Source: a bacterium (GTDB taxonomy: Bacteria > SM23-31 > JAUVVT01). From it: 64,000 bases of DNA. The stretch spans positions 17,843 to 81,842 of the forward strand of contig JAUWXV010000001.1 in the NCBI GenBank assembly GCA_030616165.1. The letters are read 5' to 3'. Shown piece by piece: positions 41,321 through 49,298 of this stretch. The notes below the pieces were generated by a model, which saw only the letters and a list, made by a program, of their open reading frames with translations, had not been told where the DNA came from and did not search any database. Positions within the stretch are counted from its first letter, which is position 1. Each line of letters begins with the position of its first letter. The position numbers and the translations under genes were made by a program.

Positions 41321-42829
41321 ATGACAAGGAAATTGCCACCCTTATTGTTAAATCCTATTAGTTTAATAGGGATTCTTATTGCTTTGACCAGTTTCATTGC
41401 CATTATAATTCTCTTTTTTGCTCATATTTTTTTAGCACCTGATAATCCATATATTGGAATAGTCACTTACCTGATTTTCCCAATCTTTTTAATAATAGGA
41501 TTACTTATAATTCCCTTCGGTATGTTTATTGAGAGACGGCAACAATTAAAAAGAAAAGGAATAAAAGAACGGCGTCTTCCAATTATCGATTTTAACCAGC
41601 AAGATCAGAGAAACGCTTTTATACTCTTTTTGATAGTTTTAATTATTTTTATGATATTGAGTGCTGTTGGAAGTTACAGAGCTTATGTTTTCACCGATTC
41701 AGTAGTTTTTTGTGGGAAAATCTGCCATTCTATAATGCATCCTGAATATATTACTTACATGGAGAGCCCTCATGCCCGGGTGTCATGTGCTGAGTGTCAT
41801 GTTGGAACAGGAGCCAACTGGTATGCCAAATCAAAGCTTTCCGGTGCATATCAGGTTTATGCTACAATAGCACAAAAATATCCTAAGCCTATTCCAACAC
41901 CTATCAAAAATTTACGACCAGCTCAGGAAACCTGTGAGCAGTGTCACTGGCCAGGGCAATTTTTTGGTGGGAAACAGAAAATATTTACTTATTATTTAAG
42001 TGATGAAGAAAACACCAAGTATGAAATTAATATGTTAATGAAGGTTGGTGGCGGAAATCCAAAATCCAGTAGAACTTCGGGTATTCACTGGCATATGAAT
42101 ATTCAGAATAAGATAGAATTTATATCAACGGATAATAAAAACAAAATTATTCCTTGGATTCGTTCTACTAACCTATTAACTGGGGAAGTAAAAACATTTA
42201 CTGATGAAGAGAACCCACTATCAGAAGAATTATTGTCAAAGAGTAAGCCTCATGTAATGGATTGTATGGATTGTCATAACCGACCAACTCATATCTTTAA
42301 GTCTCCAAGTCTTTCCGTTAATGAAAAAATTCTATTAAATCGAATTAATAAATCATTACCTGAGGTTAAATATATATCTGTTGAACTTCTTTCAGATGAT
42401 TATGAAACAACTGATATTGCAGTGAACACAATTGCCGAAGAGATTTGGAAATTTTACAGAGAAAATTATCCCAAGGTTTTTGAAAAGGAAAGGGATAGTA
42501 TAAAACAATCAATCAGAGAATTGCAGGAGATTTATCAGAGGAATATTTTTCCAGAAATGGGTGTAAAGTGGTCAGTTTATCCTGACCACATTGGACATCT
42601 TGATTTCCCGGGTTGTTATAGATGTCATGATAATAAACATATTACGGAATACGGAGACCGACTGGCGAATGATTGTAATCAATGTCACACAATTTTGTCG
42701 CAGGAGTTTGGAGGCGAAAAAGAAGAGACTCTCGACCCAAAAGGAATAAAATTTAAACATCCAGTTGATATTGGAGATGACTGGAAATTAGTAGGATGCC
42801 ATGAATGTCATACAGGATTAAATCCTTAA
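41321..42829 (+). CDS. inner-membrane heptahaem c-type cytochrome, ImcH-like (NapC/NirT-related quinol dehydrogenase)
   Basis: Three N-terminal TM helices. Seven haem motifs (CGKICH, CAECH, CEQCH, CMDCH, CYRCH, CNQCH, CHECH). Confidence 0.7.
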   Translation: MTRKLPPLLLNPISLIGILIALTSFIAIIILFFAHIFLAPDNPYIGIVTYLIFPIFLIIGLLIIPFGMFIERRQQLKRKGIKERRLPIIDFNQQDQRNAFILFLIVLIIFMILSAVGSYRAYVFTDSVVFCGKICHSIMHPEYITYMESPHARVSCAECHVGTGANWYAKSKLSGAYQVYATIAQKYPKPIPTPIKNLRPAQETCEQCHWPGQFFGGKQKIFTYYLSDEENTKYEINMLMKVGGGNPKSSRTSGIHWHMNIQNKIEFISTDNKNKIIPWIRSTNLLTGEVKTFTDEENPLSEELLSKSKPHVMDCMDCHNRPTHIFKSPSLSVNEKILLNRINKSLPEVKYISVELLSDDYETTDIAVNTIAEEIWKFYRENYPKVFEKERDSIKQSIRELQEIYQRNIFPEMGVKWSVYPDHIGHLDFPGCYRCHDNKHITEYGDRLANDCNQCHTILSQEFGGEKEETLDPKGIKFKHPVDIGDDWKLVGCHECHTGLNP

Positions 42830-42910
42830 AGCAAGTTTTAATAAAAATATAATTTACAATTTTTTATAAATATTATATATCGGACTCGATGTTTATCTGT
42901 CAATTAGATT

Positions 42911-44137
42911 TTATTGAGAAGATTCCTTTGCAATAGAAGACAGAGGTGTTGTTGCAGCTTCAGGCCATGGCGGAAGGATTTTTATGATTATATACAATAC
43001 GAATAGTGGAAGAAATAATAATGCAATGGATATCAAAAGACCTTCGATTCCTAAAAGTTCCATCTTATAATGGGTTAGTCCTCGAAGGCTTTTCGAGAAT
43101 AATTGACCACCTATCACGACGTTCCACCTTGTGCTGAATATCCCAATTTGAACTAAAATTGCCGCTCCAAAATAGATTAACCTACGTAACTCATCGGGGA
43201 GCCGGAATAGTTTTACAGATGCTAATGAACCCAAAGGCAGTAAAGTTCCCAGGAGTATTTGAATTACAACAAGACTTATAAACAATTTTTGTGATATCAA
43301 CTGGCCTAAAATGTGGATGGATTCAACAGACTCATACATCCGGTGGATAAAATCCAGGGTCTCGAGAGAAATATCAAGTATCATCGCATACAGCAGAAAT
43401 GACGCCAGTTTGTCCATGCATGCCATATCGATTGGTTTCCAACGAAAAAGGGTTGTTACACCATATATCAGGATCATCAACGCGATTCCTGAAACAATAG
43501 CCGAAAACAGAAATACAATAGGCATCAACACGCTGCTCCACCAGGGATTTGCCTTCACGGAGCCAAAAATAAAACCTACATATCCATGCAGTAAAAATGC
43601 TGACGGGATACCGATTATGGTAATAAACTTTCCTGCTTTACGGTCAAATCGTATTGCCTTTTCGGACAGGTCCAGTGAGCCTAATGAAAGAAGATAGTAC
43701 ATATACTTTCGCCATCCTTTTTTACTCCGAGCCCAATAAACGATGTCCTTCCTATAATCAAACCATATTTCGAGCATTAACACTATCATCAAGTACCAGG
43801 CGTAAACAAATCCGAACATTGCCATTGCTGACTTTAATTGAGGAGTGAGAAAAATTTCAATTGACCGTTCGGGGTAACTAAGGTGTGCAAGGAGCGGAAG
43901 TGGGGCTATGATCAGAAATGCCAGCGCAGTCAACATAGACAGGCGGTATGTAGGTTGAACTTCTTTTACTTCAAAAACACGCTCCAGTGAAGCAAGGATG
44001 AATGCCCCTGCGACAAGCCCTGTGATATATGGATATACGACTATCAAAATCCCCCAATGGAGTTCCACCTCGTTTGGATAAATATACCCAACCACTTGTT
44101 TTAAGATTGGCTGTAGTTGTTCGATTAAATTTTCCAT
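42911..44137 (-). CDS. NrfD/PsrC-type polytopic quinone-interacting membrane subunit
   Basis: About 10 TM helices with NrfD-like organisation; 2 bp downstream of the FeS subunit gene. Confidence 0.75.
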   Translation of the reverse strand: MENLIEQLQPILKQVVGYIYPNEVELHWGILIVVYPYITGLVAGAFILASLERVFEVKEVQPTYRLSMLTALAFLIIAPLPLLAHLSYPERSIEIFLTPQLKSAMAMFGFVYAWYLMIVLMLEIWFDYRKDIVYWARSKKGWRKYMYYLLSLGSLDLSEKAIRFDRKAGKFITIIGIPSAFLLHGYVGFIFGSVKANPWWSSVLMPIVFLFSAIVSGIALMILIYGVTTLFRWKPIDMACMDKLASFLLYAMILDISLETLDFIHRMYESVESIHILGQLISQKLFISLVVIQILLGTLLPLGSLASVKLFRLPDELRRLIYFGAAILVQIGIFSTRWNVVIGGQLFSKSLRGLTHYKMELLGIEGLLISIALLFLPLFVLYIIIKILPPWPEAATTPLSSIAKESSQ

Positions 44138-44139
44138 AA

Positions 44140-44898
44140 TTATCTCACTTCCCCATCCAAGTTAGCGTAATAAATTTTTGGTTCCGTATTAAGATGAGGT
44201 TTCAGAACCTGGACTTTGTTGAAACGCATGAATCGGGCTAATAGGCTGCTGCGCAAACCGATCTCGCCAAATATCCTCGCTTCGGTTGGACAAACTTCAA
44301 CACAAGCGGGCTTTAGACCCCGGGATAAACGATGATAGCAGAATGTACATTTTTCCGCCGTACTGGTCACAGGGTTAAGAAACCTTGCTCCGTACGGACA
44401 TGCCTGAATACAATAACGACACCCGAGGCAGTAATCTTTATCGATCAATATCACTCCATCCTTAGTGATAAATGTAGCACCTACCGGACATACCTGCACG
44501 CATGGTGGATTAGCACACTGGTTGCACAATTTTGGCACAAAGAAGGTCCGCATGATCTCATTTTCGGCAACCATTTCAGGAAAACCCTCACTTCCCCCAT
44601 TTGGGCTATCAACCTGTGCTGTCCCATCAATAAGAATTATGTACCGCTCAACCCAAGTCCGGAAAAAGAATGGTTCACGAGGTACATCATTTTCCCGCTT
44701 ACATGCATCTACACACTGTCCACAACCGATGCACTTGTCGACCTGAATTCCCATCCCGTATTGATGTATTGGTTCATTATCATTTGATGAATCAGAATCT
44801 TCTGAAGCAGGAGACCCGAATAATAACAGTACGGTTCCTACAAGTGTGCTTTCCCGTAGAAACTCTCGGCGATTCATCAATTCACGTTTCTTTTTCAT
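44140..44898 (-). CDS. Tat-exported 4x[4Fe-4S] ferredoxin subunit (NrfC/PsrB/DsrO-like)
   Basis: MKKKRELMNRREFLRESTLVG Tat signal. Four CxxCxxCxxxCP clusters. Start set at ATG 44898 (ATGA overlap with the upstream cytochrome stop). Confidence 0.85.
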   Translation of the reverse strand: MKKKRELMNRREFLRESTLVGTVLLLFGSPASEDSDSSNDNEPIHQYGMGIQVDKCIGCGQCVDACKRENDVPREPFFFRTWVERYIILIDGTAQVDSPNGGSEGFPEMVAENEIMRTFFVPKLCNQCANPPCVQVCPVGATFITKDGVILIDKDYCLGCRYCIQACPYGARFLNPVTSTAEKCTFCYHRLSRGLKPACVEVCPTEARIFGEIGLRSSLLARFMRFNKVQVLKPHLNTEPKIYYANLDGEVR

Positions 44899-45764
44899 CA
44901 GCGCACCTCCGGATAATGTGGATAATGACATTGCCAGCACGCATGATCAGGCTCATGTGACTGAAGGTCCACCCGCGGTATTTCCCCGGCACTTTCTGCA
45001 TTTTCTCCATGACAACCACCGCAAAATGTTCTCTTCCGTGGTTTACTGGGACGAAATGACCGGGGATCTTTTTTATGTGCTTCAGGAGCAGAGTGACACT
45101 GGGTACACTCCAGGGCAGCATGGTGTGAGACAGCTTTTGTCCGCGCAATTTCCCCGTGACATGCTCCACATTCCTCAGGGGGTTGCGGAGGTTTGGGATC
45201 ATGGGGTTCGTGACAAGACATACAGGGTTCTAAAGGATTATGTGTGACTATATTAATTTGGGGGAATCCCGTTGGCTTGGACGCATTATATATATGACAG
45301 AGGGGACATAAACCCCGCTGACGTGGAGCCGAAGGAGTATTTTCGCTGGGATCCTCAACATGGTTTGCACCTGGCCCATGGCATACTTCGCAGGCAACAT
45401 TCTGATGATAAGATGTTTGTTTTAACGCTACATATTCATCGTGACACTCTGAACACGCTTCCTGCCCAGCATAATGGATTGGAAGAGCTAATATAGAATC
45501 TATGGCAGCTGCTCGGTAGTGTCCCTCTTTTACAAAGGTGGGCGGCATTAAGTAATTCCGGACGGTAATGAGCATTATCACTAAAATAATAAAAATAATA
45601 AGTAAGCGTTTTATTTGGTCTGGAAAAGGAATTGATTTCCAGCCCGGCATTCTTAATTCTGGACGAAATCGAAAATTTAACATGTTTTTTGTCTGAATCA
45701 GCTTTTTAATATCAATTAAGTAATGAAAAACGAGATAATGAAAAATTTCATGGAATTTTAACAA
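44898..45764 (-). CDS. membrane-anchored octahaem c-type cytochrome
   Basis: TM helix LLIIFIILVIMLITV. Eight CxxCH motifs (CSECH, CEVCH, CPLCH, CMSCH, CGACH, CTQCH, CGGCH, CWQCH). The true start is probably an internal Met. Confidence 0.8.
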   Translation of the reverse strand: MLKFHEIFHYLVFHYLIDIKKLIQTKNMLNFRFRPELRMPGWKSIPFPDQIKRLLIIFIILVIMLITVRNYLMPPTFVKEGHYRAAAIDSILALPIHYAGQEACSECHDEYVALKQTSYHQNVACEVCHGPGANHVEDPSENTPSAPRQRGLCPLCHIYNASKPTGFPQINIVTHNPLEPCMSCHEPHDPKPPQPPEECGACHGEIARTKAVSHHAALECTQCHSAPEAHKKDPRSFRPSKPRKRTFCGGCHGENAESAGEIPRVDLQSHEPDHACWQCHYPHYPEVR

Positions 45765-46047
45765 ATTCAGTAAAATGAGAAAATCTATACGAATTTGGAA
45801 CTTATATCACTTGACTATTGTTAATCATTTGAAATTGTAATTTTCAATAAAAGATTTATATTTTGAAAAAAATATGGAGAAATTTTGAAAATTGTTAAAA
45901 AATTTGACATACAACCCCAAATGAAAATATGTATTATCAATCCCTTTTTATAATTGTATAAATTATATAAATAATATAAAATATTTTAAATTAAATATCA
46001 ATAATTTTTTTATTAATATTTTTTATAATTTATATATTTTATTTATC
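45765..46047. promoter_or_regulatory. AT-rich divergent intergenic region between two respiratory operons
   Basis: About 280 bp at under 20% GC, with multiple TATAAT-like and TTGACA/TTGACT hexamers in both directions. Confidence 0.35.
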
Positions 46048-46110
46048 TTGACTTTTTTAAAAAAAAATTATATTATTAAGAAAAATTTCATACTTAATAA
46101 CCAAACGATA

Positions 46111-46551
46111 ATGGAAGAGAGAAACACATCAAGAAAGAGTTTTATTAATTACCTGTTAGGCGGTGGTTTTACTCTTGTCGCAGCTTCTTTCTTATATCCA
46201 ATAGTGAGGTTCGTGCTCCCTCCAAAATCGACCGAAGCAGAACCTATGGCAGTATCTGCTGGCAAGGTTGGCGAGATGCATTTAAATTCTGGGAAGATAT
46301 TTAAATTTGGAAGAAAACCTGGTCTGCTTATTTATACAGAACAGGGTGAATATCAGGCATTTATGGCAACCTGTACACATCTTGACTGCATTGTGCAATT
46401 CCGAAATGATTCTGAAAGCATCTGGTGTGCTTGCCATAATGGATATTATGACCTTAATGGAAATAATATATCTGGTCCGCCCCCAAGACCCTTAGAAAGA
46501 CTGAATGTTTTTATAAAAGATGATGATATAATGGTTTCAAAAATTACTTAA
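46111..46551 (+). CDS. Rieske [2Fe-2S] iron-sulfur protein
   Basis: CTHLDC...CACHNG Rieske boxes and N-terminal TM/Tat-like anchor. Start at ATG 46111. Confidence 0.85.
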   Translation: MEERNTSRKSFINYLLGGGFTLVAASFLYPIVRFVLPPKSTEAEPMAVSAGKVGEMHLNSGKIFKFGRKPGLLIYTEQGEYQAFMATCTHLDCIVQFRNDSESIWCACHNGYYDLNGNNISGPPPRPLERLNVFIKDDDIMVSKIT

Positions 46552-46552
46552 A

Positions 46553-47626
46553 ATGAAGACCTACACAACCAATCTCATTAATTGGCTTGATAAAAGATAC
46601 AACATAAAAGAAATAATAGGATTTATTACAGAAAAGAAGGTCCCTATTTACAAACACACTATCTGGTATTATATGGGAGGGATAACCCTTCTTTTTTTTA
46701 TCATTCAGGTTTTAACTGGCATACTTCTTCTTCTCTATTACCGACCTACTCCTGAGGAGGCATTTGAAAGTGTTCAATTTATTATGACACAGGTTCACTA
46801 CGGATGGCTTATCCGCTCTATTCACAGTTGGTCAGCAAATCTTATGATTCTTTTTGCATTTATACATATGTTCAGTGTATTACTCCTGAAATCTTACAGA
46901 CCTCCACGTGAACTAACATGGGTAACCGGTGTGCTGTTAATGTATATATCTCTTGCTTTTGGCTTCACGGGTTATCTCCTTCCGTGGAATGAATTGTCCT
47001 TTTTTGCCACAAAAGTTGGTACTGACATAGCGGGAGTTATTCCTTTTATTGGAAAATTCATTATTAGATTCCTGAGAGGTGGAGAAGACGTTACAGGAGC
47101 GACCTTGACGAGACTCTTTGGATTTCATGTTGCTGTCCTTCCAGGAGTAATCATTGTGATTTTGGTTATACATTTATTGATGGTTCAACGACAGGGAATG
47201 AGCAAACCGATAGGCTTAAAAGAAGTGAAGAAGGGGATGCTATTTTTCCCGGACTTTTTTTTAAGAGACCTTTTAGGATGGCTATTTGCAGTTGGGATTC
47301 TTGCAGCTCTGGCTGCTATCTTTCCCTGGGAACTGGGGCAGAAGGCAGACCCATTTTCATCTGCTCCAGAAGGCATCGCGCCTGAATGGTATTTTTTATT
47401 TATGTTTCAAACATTAAAATTCTTCCCCGCAAGAATATTAATTTTAGACGGCGAAGTGATTGCAGTCTTTATTTTCGCAGCACTCGGAATATTCTGGATT
47501 CTAATCCCATTTCTTGATACTAAAGCCAGAAGGGAACAAAAAAGCCCGATATTTACAACTATAGGTATTTTTGCAATTCTATACGTGGGGATAATTACTA
47601 TACTTTCTTATTTTGTATTTAAGTAA
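46553..47626 (+). CDS. cytochrome b (fused b6/subunit IV-type) of a Rieske/cyt b complex
   Basis: [38 protein letters not shown] (haem-ligating His helices), PEW motif region. Confidence 0.9.
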   Translation: MKTYTTNLINWLDKRYNIKEIIGFITEKKVPIYKHTIWYYMGGITLLFFIIQVLTGILLLLYYRPTPEEAFESVQFIMTQVHYGWLIRSIHSWSANLMILFAFIHMFSVLLLKSYRPPRELTWVTGVLLMYISLAFGFTGYLLPWNELSFFATKVGTDIAGVIPFIGKFIIRFLRGGEDVTGATLTRLFGFHVAVLPGVIIVILVIHLLMVQRQGMSKPIGLKEVKKGMLFFPDFFLRDLLGWLFAVGILAALAAIFPWELGQKADPFSSAPEGIAPEWYFLFMFQTLKFFPARILILDGEVIAVFIFAALGIFWILIPFLDTKARREQKSPIFTTIGIFAILYVGIITILSYFVFK

Positions 47627-48933
47627 TGTATTCGCATAATCTTATGAAAAATATTATTAGACATTTCAACATTATTTACATACTATTTTTATTTATTTTT
47701 CTCTTCCCCGCTATATATTTATTTCCACAAGAAAGGCACAATAATTGTATCGAATGCCACAGTAAATTCGAAGAAGAAGAGACATCGCCAACCATTGAAT
47801 TTAAAAATGATATCCATAATACAAGTGGTATGTTATGTTCTGACTGTCATGGTGGAGACCCGGAAATAAATGCAGGTGGAAATCAAGAACTTGCTATGAA
47901 TCCTAAAAAAGGATATAAACCACCTCCGGGTCATAACGAAATCCCCGAATTCTGTGCAAGATGCCATTCTGATTTTGAATATATGAAAAAATTTAATCCC
48001 AATATAAGAGTAGACCAATATGAAAATTATTTAACAAGTCAACACGGGAAATTACTGGCAAAGGGAGATGATAAAGTAGCTAATTGTGTTAGTTGTCATA
48101 AAACCCACGGGATTCGAAAAAAAACAAACCCTGCCTCAGCCGTTTTTGCAAACAAAATTCCGGAAACTTGTAGTAAATGCCACTCAGACCCGGAATATAT
48201 GAAGGAATATAAAATCCTGACTAACCAGTTGGAAATGTATAAAAAAAGTGTTCACGGGGAATTTTTATTGGAAAAAGGGGACTTAAATGCTCCTGCTTGC
48301 AATGACTGCCACGGAAATCACGGTGCCGCTCCCCCGGGTGTCGAATCTGTACACAATGTCTGCGGAGTATGTCACTCAGGAAATAATCAGTTGTTCTTAA
48401 AAAGTTCTCATAAAAAATACTTTGATGAATTTGGCTTTCCAGAATGTGCATCATGTCATGAACATCATTTAATAAAAAAACTTACAGAAGAATCTCTCGG
48501 GGTTGGAGACCAATCTGTTTGCGGAATTTGTCATACACAAGAAGATGAAGGAGGTATAATCGCTGTTGAAATGAAAAATATTATCGAAAATTTTTCTGCA
48601 CTGCGGGATACTTGCCAAATATTGTCCGAAGAGGTAGAAAGGAAGGGTATGCCCGTTAATGAAATAAAATACCAGATGAACAATGTTGACTCTGAACTGT
48701 TAAAAGCAAGAAATATAGTGCATAGTTTTTCTCTGGAAAATATAAAACAAATAACTGAAGAAGGAACAAAACTTGCCATCTCTGTAAAAAAAATGGCAAA
48801 TGATGAATTAAAAGAATATCAAATTAGGAGAATAGGACTGGCTGTCTCGCTTTTCTTTATTTTTTTAGCGGGAACCGCCCTCTATTTGAAAATCAAGAAG
48901 ATAGACAAAAAAAATATAATAAATTCTTTTTAA
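47626..48933 (+). CDS. nonahaem c-type cytochrome with N- and C-terminal membrane anchors (cytochrome c subunit of the Rieske/cyt b complex)
   Basis: Nine CxxCH motifs. C-terminal TM IGLAVSLFFIFLAGTALYL. 1-bp overlap with the cyt b stop. Confidence 0.8.
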   Translation: MYSHNLMKNIIRHFNIIYILFLFIFLFPAIYLFPQERHNNCIECHSKFEEEETSPTIEFKNDIHNTSGMLCSDCHGGDPEINAGGNQELAMNPKKGYKPPPGHNEIPEFCARCHSDFEYMKKFNPNIRVDQYENYLTSQHGKLLAKGDDKVANCVSCHKTHGIRKKTNPASAVFANKIPETCSKCHSDPEYMKEYKILTNQLEMYKKSVHGEFLLEKGDLNAPACNDCHGNHGAAPPGVESVHNVCGVCHSGNNQLFLKSSHKKYFDEFGFPECASCHEHHLIKKLTEESLGVGDQSVCGICHTQEDEGGIIAVEMKNIIENFSALRDTCQILSEEVERKGMPVNEIKYQMNNVDSELLKARNIVHSFSLENIKQITEEGTKLAISVKKMANDELKEYQIRRIGLAVSLFFIFLAGTALYLKIKKIDKKNIINSF

Positions 48934-49298
48934 CTATAAATTGATGGTATAACAAATTTAAAAATAAAATCTTAAAATTTTGTGCACTTAATCAGAGATG
49001 CAATATATAAGTTTCAGAAAAAATATTTGACAATTAAAAATATTTTGTTATATTATCATAATATATAATTAATATAATTATTATAATCAATATATTTTAT
49101 ATCTTTTCAATACCTAAATCGAATAATTTTAATTATTTATATAAATATTTCTTTCTGGTATAAATATGATAAAAATGCTGAAATAATATGCGTAAATACC
49201 TAATTCTCTGTTCTTCTATTACCTATTTTTTTAATCCAAATTCTCATATAAAATAATTTTTATAAATATGAGAATAGAATTTTTATTAGGAGGATTCA

